A DNA stretch of 64,000 bases from a virus. Position 1 is the first letter of the stretch. Every line of letters begins with the position of its first letter. Of the stretch, positions 10,288-20,450 are shown piece after piece. The notes beneath the pieces are model-generated. The model worked only from the letters and a program-made list of their open reading frames with translations, did not search any database and was not told where the DNA came from. Both the position numbers and the translations under genes were made by a program. The DNA lies in IMG/VR virus record IMGVR_UViG_3300030419_004788, positions 58,977-122,976 of that record. One strand, 5' to 3'.

Positions 10288-13200
10288 CTACCCACAGGAA
10301 TTGCCATCTGGGCATTCACCGCCAGCAACACCACCATTACATGTTCCTCGATGTACCCAACAACCACCGAAAAATTGACAACGAGTTTCATTCATTTGGT
10401 GTGCATAGTATCCACTCCATCCTTGTTCAATACAATCTCCTGCTTGTGGAATTTGCCAATCGTTAAATTCATATAACCATGTTAGATGGGAAGGTAATGC
10501 CCAATTATCTGTGAAGCAACAACAACCATCCATATTGACATTATTACAATTATTATCTGGGAAAGAAGTACCATGTTTAAGTGCCATACAAACTTCATCA
10601 GCACTTAGCCATGGATGAGCGGGGCTTCCTTCACTACCAATCCATTCACACGAACGACCAACAGTTTCGTTGATAGCGTCCTCTCCTTCATTCAACCACC
10701 AACAACATGATGTCATTAGTTCTGAAGTATCAAATCCATCTGGGCAGGGTTCACCTCTTTCATCACAGCAAGACATATTGGTTTTGTCAGTAATTCCTTT
10801 ATCGAAATTACCACCAATATTTTTCCCCTGCAATGCAGTACCATCATAGTCACAACAACACTCATAAGGAGTGCCATCTGCTAATATAATACTACCTGTC
10901 TGCATTGATGTTGTGGAAATTGTAACATCTTCACCACCACATGAAATTGCATGACCAATTTGATTTAAAGTGTCTTTTATATCATTAATTCCAATCATTG
11001 AATAATATTCACTGCTTGTTGCAAGGGGACTTACCCATTCAGGGTGTGTATTTTCTGTTCCTACATCAACACATATAGCGTAAATGATAACACCATCATT
11101 CTTTAGATTTTCCGCTTCTGCTATCGCTGCCTCTGCTTCTGCTGAAGAACGGAAGTTTCCATTGGATATTATTATTAATATTTTTCCATGAGTATGATTC
11201 AGTTCAGTGTTTATTCTATTTGTAACAATTTCAAAATCACCCCTAACAAGTTGCAATGGTCTGGTGAGTACTCTATCACCTATTGCCATACTGTATATGC
11301 CTTCTTTTACTCTTGCATAATTATTGGTAAGAGAAATATCTACTGAAGTGTCTGTAAATACTGAATCATTAAATCCTATTTTTTCATATCTTGAATCTAA
11401 TTGGTCTACAAACGAAGTAAGTGCAGGTTTAATAATATTTGAGAATTGGAACATTTCTATATTTGTATCTGCGAGCAACATAACATCTGGACTGCTTGTT
11501 AAACTTCGACATTCATCTGCAAGTAAGTGTTCACCACCCAAAGAAGTTGGGGGTCCTATTGGGTCGGGTGTATTATAATTGTTGGTAGAACATCCACTCC
11601 AGAAAATATGAGAGTAAGAATTATCGATACCATCATTTAAATCTGAACATGCTCGACTTGTTTTCTGCTCACATCCCCATACACCTTCAAAAGTGAGATG
11701 ACAACACATACCTAAACATTCTTCTTCTATATTCACACTGCCTGGTTGACATATTGGAAGGTCTTCTATATAACACTGACCAGGTCCATCACCATAACCA
11801 ACTTCAGGACATTCACAAATATTCCCACCAAAGTCTTCACACACACCACCTATACTTTGTTGCCATCCACGACATAAAGGACATGGTGCATATATTGGTG
11901 GGTCGTAAGGAACTCCATTTTCATCTAAACAAAGTCCATCAACATTAACAAAACCAGCAGGACCACCATTCTCTGTTGGCCAGTTATCAATATCTGTTCC
12001 ACTTTCACGACACCATGTACAACTAAATGGTGCATATGCCGCACCTTCATAATCTCCACCACCACCAATCCTATTTGGTCCAGCACAACGAGAACCAACA
12101 CCCCAGAAAGTTCCTTTAGAACCATCCGATGCAGTAAGATTTACACAAACTGAAGGGGAAGTTTCATAACATCTAGCAGATGTATTGGTATCACCGACAC
12201 AACAAGCACCGATGCTTCCTTCTAGGCAACAGTTTACAGCATCTTCTCCTGTACACGAACCACCAATAAAGAATACACTATTAGGTTCAAACGAACATTG
12301 ATATTCACTCATTTCATAACAAGCATTTTCTACACAACAAGCACCTGTTTCTTGACACGGTTCTGGACAACCTCCTAAAATTTCAACATCAACACAAGTC
12401 TTTCCTTCAACATAGAAACCACCATAAATATTTCTACATCTATTCAAAGAAGTTTCTGCACATATTCCATTTACACAACAAGCACCTTCCGAATAACAAT
12501 TTGGTCCTTCTGGTCTTGAAAGACAAGTTGTTGTATCAAATACACCACCCAGATTTGTGCAGTAATCTTCTGTAACATAATCCACACATCCAGGATAATC
12601 ATCTTCACCTATTGTATTATCTGTACAATAACAACAAGAACCTAGATTGCTAGAATCTGCGGCATATAAAGTATCATTTATAGTCTTTGAATTATCAAAT
12701 ACATGTTTTACATCTGTGGAAGTTCCTAATACAGAATCATGTGTTTGTCCCATATGGAATCCAGAATATATTTCAGTTTTACCATCAGCATTTGTGCTGA
12801 TATATGTGAATGGAACAAATTCACCAGTTTGACCAGCAGTAGAACCAACAGTCGAAGTGTTTTCAATAGAATCTTCTTTCTCTAGATTGACTGATGATTT
12901 TGCTTCTCTAAATGTTGTTAATCTTGCTATAAGATTTTTCTTATCATCATCCCAAAAAGTATTTAATGAACCATGTGCGGATAATCCATCATATATGTGT
13001 ACCAATTCTCCAGTATTTCCCATAATACCATATTGATATGTTGCACCCCTTATTCGTATATCATAATCTGTGACTCCGAGTATAGAAATATCTCTACCAC
13101 TAGAAGTAAGGGTTCTAAAATATGCAGTACCGCCAGCAGTACCGTCTGATATTAATTCTTTAAAAATTTCACTATATGGAGAATTGGTAGTAGCATTATC

Positions 13201-13551
13201 AATATCAGAAGATGTATGCCATTGACCAGAATCAAAAGTAATACCATCACCTGTTGCACCTGTACAACCTTCGACTGCAATTGTTGTTCCTGTGTCGATG
13301 GTAAATGTAAGTGTTCCAAGACCATACGAATTACCACCAGAGGTTATACCATATGAAAATCCTGAAGTTCCATCATCAAAATCATACCATTCAAATGTAA
13401 TTCCAGAACCAGTAATACCAGTAGCACCTGTTGGACCAGTAACACCAGTAGCACCAGTTGGACCTGTTGGACCTGTATTACCTGTGGGTCCTTGAATCGA
13501 ACCCATAGCACTCGTGTCGTGTATTCTACTTGAGCCGTGAATTACTGCCAT
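10288..13551 (-). CDS. Cys-rich collagen-anchored fibre protein with an internal VWA-like domain, 1087 aa
   Basis: GPTGNTGPTGPTG N-terminus; GACC repeats; VWA-like segment DVMLLAD...KILIIISNG...AENLKNDGVIIYAICV. Confidence 0.75.
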   Translation of the reverse strand: MAVIHGSSRIHDTSAMGSIQGPTGNTGPTGPTGATGVTGPTGATGITGSGITFEWYDFDDGTSGFSYGITSGGNSYGLGTLTFTIDTGTTIAVEGCTGATGDGITFDSGQWHTSSDIDNATTNSPYSEIFKELISDGTAGGTAYFRTLTSSGRDISILGVTDYDIRIRGATYQYGIMGNTGELVHIYDGLSAHGSLNTFWDDDKKNLIARLTTFREAKSSVNLEKEDSIENTSTVGSTAGQTGEFVPFTYISTNADGKTEIYSGFHMGQTHDSVLGTSTDVKHVFDNSKTINDTLYAADSSNLGSCCYCTDNTIGEDDYPGCVDYVTEDYCTNLGGVFDTTTCLSRPEGPNCYSEGACCVNGICAETSLNRCRNIYGGFYVEGKTCVDVEILGGCPEPCQETGACCVENACYEMSEYQCSFEPNSVFFIGGSCTGEDAVNCCLEGSIGACCVGDTNTSARCYETSPSVCVNLTASDGSKGTFWGVGSRCAGPNRIGGGGDYEGAAYAPFSCTWCRESGTDIDNWPTENGGPAGFVNVDGLCLDENGVPYDPPIYAPCPLCRGWQQSIGGVCEDFGGNICECPEVGYGDGPGQCYIEDLPICQPGSVNIEEECLGMCCHLTFEGVWGCEQKTSRACSDLNDGIDNSYSHIFWSGCSTNNYNTPDPIGPPTSLGGEHLLADECRSLTSSPDVMLLADTNIEMFQFSNIIKPALTSFVDQLDSRYEKIGFNDSVFTDTSVDISLTNNYARVKEGIYSMAIGDRVLTRPLQLVRGDFEIVTNRINTELNHTHGKILIIISNGNFRSSAEAEAAIAEAENLKNDGVIIYAICVDVGTENTHPEWVSPLATSSEYYSMIGINDIKDTLNQIGHAISCGGEDVTISTTSMQTGSIILADGTPYECCCDYDGTALQGKNIGGNFDKGITDKTNMSCCDERGEPCPDGFDTSELMTSCCWWLNEGEDAINETVGRSCEWIGSEGSPAHPWLSADEVCMALKHGTSFPDNNCNNVNMDGCCCFTDNWALPSHLTWLYEFNDWQIPQAGDCIEQGWSGYYAHQMNETRCQFFGGCWVHRGTCNGGVAGGECPDGNSCG

Positions 13552-13552
13552 A

Positions 13553-16500
13553 TTATTGATTAATTCCTTGGTCTGAATCTCTTATTACTTTTGGTAAATC
13601 CCAAAGTTTTTGGTTTGCATGACCACCAGTAGCATATTTACCATCGCATCTGATTAAACGAATTGGTCTTACCTTATATGTATTTCGTGTTCTGTTTTTC
13701 TTTCCTACAAGGAAATTATTTTCTTTTTCATTTATATCGAACTTCATTGCCCATGCAAGACTGCCTGCATCTGCGGTAGAACCACCACTACCTATAACTC
13801 CTTCTCCCGATGCAGTTCTTCCTTTTGTTTCATCGAATGCACCAGTAGATGTCCAGTGCCAACCATCAAGTGGAACAGCACCTTTTATTAAGAGAGAAGC
13901 ATTTAAATCAAAATCGTGTGGATTACTGCTTACACAATTTGAAGCAATGAATGACATTTCATCATGACTTGGAATATACCACGATGAAACTACAGCATCA
14001 TTTGTTCCAGTTCCACCAGTAATAGTTGTTAAGTTATCATCCATTAATCTTGTTGCTCGGAATGCAGAAATATAGTCACTCGTCAATCCTGGACCAAAGT
14101 CTGTTGATGAATAGTGACCATCTTTATCATCATATCCTTCATATAATACATTGTCAGCATTAATGATTCTAATGGTATTATAAATTCCCCAGTTCCTGTG
14201 CCAAAGTCCATGTGCAGACTGCAAAGGTTTTGTGGTAAGTTTTTGTGCATATCCCGAACCAAGTCTTCGTGCATTCCTACAAGATGTAAATGTGTGACTT
14301 CCTAAAACATTTAATGATTTCTCACCAATATTTTCATTAAACCAATATCCTTCGGAAAGTTTAAATACTGTTTGAATATAATTTTCGTGTATTTCATCAA
14401 CCTGTCCTGTATCTGGATTGTGCAATGGTCCCCATGAACTTCCTCTATTACCCCAATAGAATTCTTGAGTTGCACCATCAAAGTCTGAATTATAATAGTT
14501 TATAACTTGTCTGTCGCCAGTTATTGCAACTGGTGATGGTGAGATTATCATATAATATGCATCTGGTCTAGATAACTCATCGTCCTCTAATGGTAATCTA
14601 TCATAATCTGGACATCCTTTTTCTGAAGTAAAACCATATCCATGCCAGTCATATTTAGAACGATATAAATCACAGGTTAATCCTAAATTGTCCGATAAAG
14701 AACCAGTTGCACCAAGCATTAAGTTTTGCCAATCAGCATCTTTACTTTCACCAAAACTTTTAGAACCAAATACCTGTGAACCAAATGGTCTATAGAGTCC
14801 AACTACAACACCACCTGCATATTCATCTCCAGGCATAAGGTCTAATCCTGCAACAACTGGAACACAACTACTGTGTTCGTCTGTTCTGTGTCTGGTATCT
14901 TCACACTTTGTACCCTTGCCTGCATATAAGTTACCACCACTTATACAGTCACTTCCTGTAATCCCATTACCACATGTTCCACCAGAATAATAGCAAGCAC
15001 CTGTTCCTCCATAACAAATTTCAGTTCCATCATCTAATGAACATACACTTCCTTCTCCATGAAAATAATAACCAAGTGCAAGACATTCTTTTCTTGTTCT
15101 TTGTGAACATCCTCCTCTACCATCACAACATGCACCCAAACCTCTACTAGCATTATCACAGTCCATGTTTCTACAGTCTGCTGATAGTCCACCAAATGAA
15201 GTTTCTACATCTAAAAGTTCACCGAGATTTATACAATCATCTACACTTAAATCATTAAAACATTCTATCTTTCCACTGTTTGTGTAGTGAACACAACACG
15301 CACCTGTATCAAAACAAATACTTCCTGTCCATCCACTAGTTAGTCCACCACATACTGTATTAGAACCGTGCCAATATCCTGTGCATAAATCTTCTATTGT
15401 GTGTATACATTCACCTTCTCCTCTACAACACGCACCTGTAGAACCAGTTGCACCAAATAGTTTTCTTTCACTACCCTTATATGAAACTTGTTCTTCTGGA
15501 TAATATAAAAACTCACCGCATTGTTTTTCTCTATCATGACAGAAAAATGGGTCATCAGAAGTTCCTTCTGATATAACAGTACCAGCAGAATTCCATTGAA
15601 CTATGTTTCCATGCCACGCTACACCATCTGGACAAATTCTACCGCCTGGGCAATCAGAATTTCTTGTTTCACATGGCAACCAGAAGAAGTTAAATATATC
15701 TGTTCCACCACTAAAACAAGGTTGTCTGTCGAATGGCCATATAACATTAGAAAATTGAAAATTGTTTTGAGGTCCATATGTTGCACCCTTAACTATAAGT
15801 GTAAAGGATTTACCTATATCATTTAATGTACCTATATTATTTCCAGTGTATCCAAAACTTGCATCTGCAATATCAATCGTTTGTATTGGTCCAGTACTAC
15901 CTACACTATAATCAAAATCATTAAGAGCAGTTAAGTCCAATTCAACTACACCAAATTTGTTTGGTTCTAACACACCACCAATTCCACCAGACTGCAACAC
16001 ATATGGTGGCCAAGCACCATCATATGTTGTAATTTCATATGTTGTTCCTGCTCCATCGTTATTGTGTCGGAAACTTAAATACTTTGAGTTTTCTCTATAA
16101 CTTTTTAGTCTAACACTAATACCACCAGAAGTTCCACTTATATTATAAGTTGCTCCAGTAAGTCCTGTTAATTGTCCACCAACTAACTGTCCAGTAACCC
16201 CCGAACCACCTGTAACATCTAAGTAACCAAAGTTTCCTCGGTCATAATTTAAGTCGATTGTATTTAAATGTTCTAATGTTGTGTTTGTTAAAACACCACC
16301 AGTACCTTCGATGCTTCTTATAGTAATTTTATTTGAAGAATCTTGAACCTTAAATACTGTAGCACCACCAGAACCACCAAATCCTAATAGATTTTCACCA
16401 TAGGTATTTCCACCATCTATGATAGTTTCTGTATTACCAGTAGGTCCTATAATAGAAGTGGGAGTTGTCCAAGTGGTAATAACAGAAGTTCCACCATCTT

Positions 16501-16699
16501 CAAACCTTTCAAATTGTGTGTAGAGTCCATCCGTTGCATTTATAGACATTGCAGTGATACCACCACCACTCCAACCAATAGGTCCTTCAACTGTTGGTCC
16601 ATCAGGTCCAGTAGGTCCCGTTTCACCAGTGTTACCAGTCGGTCCAGTTACTTCGGTTGCCCCAACGACTTTAAAATAACTGCTACCATATACTACCAT
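13553..16699 (-). CDS. Cys-rich collagen-anchored fibre protein with a C-terminal DUF1566/Lcl-type (C-type lectin fold) domain, 1048 aa
   Basis: GPTGNTGETGPTG N-terminus; GACC repeats; C-terminal motifs GDEYAGGVVVG, WYIPSHDEM, WHWTST, AWAMKF, YKVRPIR. Confidence 0.75.
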   Translation of the reverse strand: MVVYGSSYFKVVGATEVTGPTGNTGETGPTGPDGPTVEGPIGWSGGGITAMSINATDGLYTQFERFEDGGTSVITTWTTPTSIIGPTGNTETIIDGGNTYGENLLGFGGSGGATVFKVQDSSNKITIRSIEGTGGVLTNTTLEHLNTIDLNYDRGNFGYLDVTGGSGVTGQLVGGQLTGLTGATYNISGTSGGISVRLKSYRENSKYLSFRHNNDGAGTTYEITTYDGAWPPYVLQSGGIGGVLEPNKFGVVELDLTALNDFDYSVGSTGPIQTIDIADASFGYTGNNIGTLNDIGKSFTLIVKGATYGPQNNFQFSNVIWPFDRQPCFSGGTDIFNFFWLPCETRNSDCPGGRICPDGVAWHGNIVQWNSAGTVISEGTSDDPFFCHDREKQCGEFLYYPEEQVSYKGSERKLFGATGSTGACCRGEGECIHTIEDLCTGYWHGSNTVCGGLTSGWTGSICFDTGACCVHYTNSGKIECFNDLSVDDCINLGELLDVETSFGGLSADCRNMDCDNASRGLGACCDGRGGCSQRTRKECLALGYYFHGEGSVCSLDDGTEICYGGTGACYYSGGTCGNGITGSDCISGGNLYAGKGTKCEDTRHRTDEHSSCVPVVAGLDLMPGDEYAGGVVVGLYRPFGSQVFGSKSFGESKDADWQNLMLGATGSLSDNLGLTCDLYRSKYDWHGYGFTSEKGCPDYDRLPLEDDELSRPDAYYMIISPSPVAITGDRQVINYYNSDFDGATQEFYWGNRGSSWGPLHNPDTGQVDEIHENYIQTVFKLSEGYWFNENIGEKSLNVLGSHTFTSCRNARRLGSGYAQKLTTKPLQSAHGLWHRNWGIYNTIRIINADNVLYEGYDDKDGHYSSTDFGPGLTSDYISAFRATRLMDDNLTTITGGTGTNDAVVSSWYIPSHDEMSFIASNCVSSNPHDFDLNASLLIKGAVPLDGWHWTSTGAFDETKGRTASGEGVIGSGGSTADAGSLAWAMKFDINEKENNFLVGKKNRTRNTYKVRPIRLIRCDGKYATGGHANQKLWDLPKVIRDSDQGINQ

Positions 16700-16715
16700 A
16701 GAATTATTACCTCAT

Positions 16716-18038
16716 TCAAGGGGTGACCGCAGAAACTGTAGAAGTTAAATTGAGTTTATCATTAGCAGTTCTTACATCAGTGGTAAGACTTTGTACATGG
16801 TTTGCCAAATCTGCAATTGTTGCACCGTCAGTAGTCTTAGCAGAAATTGTACCAGTTGCTGTAATACTACTGATATTGATATTATCTGCAATGGTAACTG
16901 CCGCTTCTCTCATATCCCCTCCAGTATAAATTACTAGTTTTTTGCTTTTTGTTGTTGAATTTCCATACATGTCGGTGAAGGACATTGAAGTAGTATCACT
17001 TATAAGTGGCAACCTAAATGCCATTTTGGTGACACTACTTGGTGTATATTGAGTATTGTTGTGATATACCGTTTTATTAACATCTGGTCCAACCGAATAA
17101 TTATTACTGTCTATTACCGCAGATTGAACAGTGATTGTACTTGTTACTCTATTTACTGCTGTAACCACACCCCTCCACACAACTTTACCTTTGTCATTCT
17201 TCTGCATAATCGTTTTATTTGTCATAGTGGTTGATGGGGTAGAAGAAACAACCACATCATCTTCTCTACCATAAATCCCACCTGCAAGGTATCCATCACA
17301 GAAACCCACATATGTTCTATCTTTATATGAATCGTGTGATGAATCATAAGGCAACCATGTTACTTCACTTAAATCATGCCAATTATCATCAGTAGCACTA
17401 ATATCAAGGCTGCCATCGAAATCGATAACCTCTGCAATAGCACCCTCTACATTTGTGGGTTCTGTTTGTCCTGCAACATTACCCCCAATTTGATATCCGA
17501 TATAATTTACAACATGTGCATTAAACACACCATCATTTGCAACCTGAAGAATTGGTTTAGCAATCTGTCCAGAAACATTTGGTGCAAGGTTGCTAACACC
17601 ACCGGCAGTTACTCCACTTAAAAAGTAAACATCATTACCACCAGATGCACCACCTATTCTATTTGAAGGTTGATAATCTGCTGTGGCAAATCTAGCAGTT
17701 GGAAAATTAATCTGTCCAGATAGAACAACATTAACGACTTCAAACCCACTATCACCCTGCATACTTTCAATAACACCAACAACCTCTGCATGTTCGGATA
17801 CATCACCCTTTGCTTTAGTAAACTTTTGATAACTTGAAGAATCTGGGTCTGTGTCATATCGAATAACATCACCAGCCGTAACACCATCACCATTATATGT
17901 TCCACCAAGAGGAATAGACATAACACCACCAGAAAATCCACTAATAGGATGCGACATTAAAAGTCTTGCACCACTATTAGAAATATCGATGTTATTCGTA
18001 TTTCCCCAAAGATTTGAACTACTTCTAGTACTTGACAT
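16716..18038 (-). CDS. Virion structural/tail-associated protein, 440 aa
   Basis: Lies in the baseplate-fibre operon; shares the AEV.GV...SG.I...VYFL...G......P..SGQ..KP.L...NY.G domain with the 785 aa neighbour. Confidence 0.6.
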   Translation of the reverse strand: MSSTRSSSNLWGNTNNIDISNSGARLLMSHPISGFSGGVMSIPLGGTYNGDGVTAGDVIRYDTDPDSSSYQKFTKAKGDVSEHAEVVGVIESMQGDSGFEVVNVVLSGQINFPTARFATADYQPSNRIGGASGGNDVYFLSGVTAGGVSNLAPNVSGQIAKPILQVANDGVFNAHVVNYIGYQIGGNVAGQTEPTNVEGAIAEVIDFDGSLDISATDDNWHDLSEVTWLPYDSSHDSYKDRTYVGFCDGYLAGGIYGREDDVVVSSTPSTTMTNKTIMQKNDKGKVVWRGVVTAVNRVTSTITVQSAVIDSNNYSVGPDVNKTVYHNNTQYTPSSVTKMAFRLPLISDTTSMSFTDMYGNSTTKSKKLVIYTGGDMREAAVTIADNINISSITATGTISAKTTDGATIADLANHVQSLTTDVRTANDKLNLTSTVSAVTP

Positions 18039-18056
18039 TATCGTATAACTCCTCTA

Positions 18057-20414
18057 TTAACTAGGCCTTCTCCAGACCATATTGTCATCCAACTCTGCAT
18101 CTGCAAGGTAATGTAATGAAATATTATCAAACAAAACTGCTCCGGCAGGAATGCTTATATACATTCCATACTTATCATAATAATCTGCACTAATTGTTGT
18201 TGCACCTGCTCCTGCTATTCTTTCAGTACCATTCCACCCAGAAGTTCCTGATGTATTTCTTAGGTCTTTTTGTGCAGTTCTATTATATGCATCTCCTGTA
18301 TATCCACTACCAGGCGAATAGAATGTAATAGATGGAGTATCTCTCAGTGGTACTGGGAATTTATAGAAGAAATCTTTTTCTGGTGTGATTGTAAAGTCTA
18401 CAACACTAAGAACAGGAGTATTTGAATCCAACATAGTTGTCCAGTGTGTAAGTTCATCCATATTATAACTTCTTTGATAGAATCTCTTACACTTATTGTG
18501 TTCTTCGTCTTCATCTGTCCACGGATTGTTTGTAGCAACCAATCCTCTTTCCAATTTAACCTTTGCCAAATCTAAAGTTGTACCAGATAATTTTTCTGTT
18601 CTAAACCCTACACCAAGATAATGTTTTCCTGTTGGGGTTGTAGTTATATTTGGAACTTGGAATGCCACTTCATATTTGTTCCACACTGTTCCTAAAGAAA
18701 CTGTGGAAGGGTATGTTGTTGATGCAGTATTACCATCCCATTGAGTAACAGCAATATCCATAGTTGAACCAGTGACACCGCACTTAGACCAGAACGATAA
18801 TGTTACTGTTTCGTTTCTAGCAGTACGAACATCTTCTATTCTATTTTCAATATGAACATAATCTAATGTTGTTCCAGATGAAATATCGTTCTTAATAGAA
18901 CAGTAATATTTTGGTCTACCATATACTTCTGTTTGGTTTGTATCGAAAGTTCGTCTTTCAAGATTCCATGTTGAACCATATGATGAACCAGTTCCATAAG
19001 AAATACCATCATTTCTTACCCACCTATCTGCAAAGTATGTGCTTCCTGTTGTTCCGTATGGTTCTCGTCTACCGATATCTCTCTGCCATACATCAAACCC
19101 ACCATTAATTAACATGTTTGGATTTATTGCACTTCCGAATGTAACACCACCGGCAGTAGAGGAACGGGCAGCCCAACTACCAACTTCACCACCCGATGGT
19201 GCAGATGATTTGTATAGACCACTATTTTGAGCCAATCGGTTCATTATAACACCACGAGTTGTTCCACCTTCATCCCATGCAATTGCAAATACTTTATCCA
19301 ACGAACCTACTACATTGCTTGTTAATTTTCCGTCTGCACCAATATATAACAAACCGTAATTGCTATTTGATGGGAAGTTGTCTACCCATCCAGTATTTGC
19401 TATTTCAATATATTTATTTCCACCTATATCAAAGTTTGCTTTTGTGCATATACCTACTGCTTTGTCTATAGAATCAATATTATTTTCGTTGCAGATGAAC
19501 CAACCATATGCTCCACCCACATCAGCAGTTAAATCTTGACCAACAACATGACCAGTTTCAAATGTAACTGTGTTGTCCACCAACACTATAAATCTATTAT
19601 TATCAATACCACCTGTGCCACCTGTACCAGTACCTTGTAAATATTGTCCTCTATAATTAAGAACCATTGCTTTATCAGCAGTGATTCCCAACAGAACTGG
19701 TTTGCTGACTTGTCCTGAAATTACGGGTTCGGTTGTAGTTAATCCACCTGTTACGCCAGGGTCTAAGAAATATACTTCACCCGCACTAAGACCAAAACCT
19801 GTAACATTTGCTGTTGTAAAGTCACCTTGAATTATTCCACTTGTAGCAACTTCAACATATGTGTTTGTTGTTGTATAAGGTCCTTCTGGTGTACCTGAAC
19901 TACTCGGCCAAGTGATACCAGTAACAACACCAAAAACTTCTGCACCTGTTACACCACTCGCTTGTGCAAGTGTAATACCATAACCGTGAGTACCGCCCGG
20001 AAGTGCTTCTAACCTAACAGGTTGTCCGAATATATAACCACCACCAGTTCCTAGTCCACCAGCACCACCAGAAATACCTGTTAATCCTGCGGAATGACCA
20101 AATCTGGTTTTCAATGCATCAAGATTAAATCCACCATCTACATTTAAAGTACCCTTAATGGTAATATCATCACTAAATGTAATACCTTTGGTAATAGTAT
20201 CGTTTAAATCACATCTAAATACACCACCCCAAGTTGTACCATCCATGGTCGTGCCAAGTGTTATTCCTATACCATCACCAGAAACACCATTAAAAATTCG
20301 TATATTATTTAATTTTTCAACGGTATAATTATTGTAATGGTTTACCCAATCCAAAAAGGTATCGTTACCTGTTAGATATGGTATATCAAAGTTATTGTCG
20401 TCTACTGTTGCCAT
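18057..20414 (-). CDS. Tail fibre/baseplate-attached protein, 785 aa
   Basis: N-terminal DTFLDWVNHYN motif of the type seen at baseplate-proximal fibre ends; C-terminal NMLINGGFDVWQR...FADRW...VTLSFW...VKLERG...CKRFYQ domain typical of phage tail proteins; TATAAATA at 20433-20440. Confidence 0.65.
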   Translation of the reverse strand: MATVDDNNFDIPYLTGNDTFLDWVNHYNNYTVEKLNNIRIFNGVSGDGIGITLGTTMDGTTWGGVFRCDLNDTITKGITFSDDITIKGTLNVDGGFNLDALKTRFGHSAGLTGISGGAGGLGTGGGYIFGQPVRLEALPGGTHGYGITLAQASGVTGAEVFGVVTGITWPSSSGTPEGPYTTTNTYVEVATSGIIQGDFTTANVTGFGLSAGEVYFLDPGVTGGLTTTEPVISGQVSKPVLLGITADKAMVLNYRGQYLQGTGTGGTGGIDNNRFIVLVDNTVTFETGHVVGQDLTADVGGAYGWFICNENNIDSIDKAVGICTKANFDIGGNKYIEIANTGWVDNFPSNSNYGLLYIGADGKLTSNVVGSLDKVFAIAWDEGGTTRGVIMNRLAQNSGLYKSSAPSGGEVGSWAARSSTAGGVTFGSAINPNMLINGGFDVWQRDIGRREPYGTTGSTYFADRWVRNDGISYGTGSSYGSTWNLERRTFDTNQTEVYGRPKYYCSIKNDISSGTTLDYVHIENRIEDVRTARNETVTLSFWSKCGVTGSTMDIAVTQWDGNTASTTYPSTVSLGTVWNKYEVAFQVPNITTTPTGKHYLGVGFRTEKLSGTTLDLAKVKLERGLVATNNPWTDEDEEHNKCKRFYQRSYNMDELTHWTTMLDSNTPVLSVVDFTITPEKDFFYKFPVPLRDTPSITFYSPGSGYTGDAYNRTAQKDLRNTSGTSGWNGTERIAGAGATTISADYYDKYGMYISIPAGAVLFDNISLHYLADAELDDNMVWRRPS

Positions 20415-20450
20415 GTGTATTTCTCTTTACTTTATTTATACCTTTTATAC

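Noticed and set aside
13553-14000. Diversity-generating retroelement acting on the DUF1566 tip
   Set aside because: No reverse transcriptase and no adenine-variant template repeat seen in this window; cannot be excluded elsewhere in the genome.
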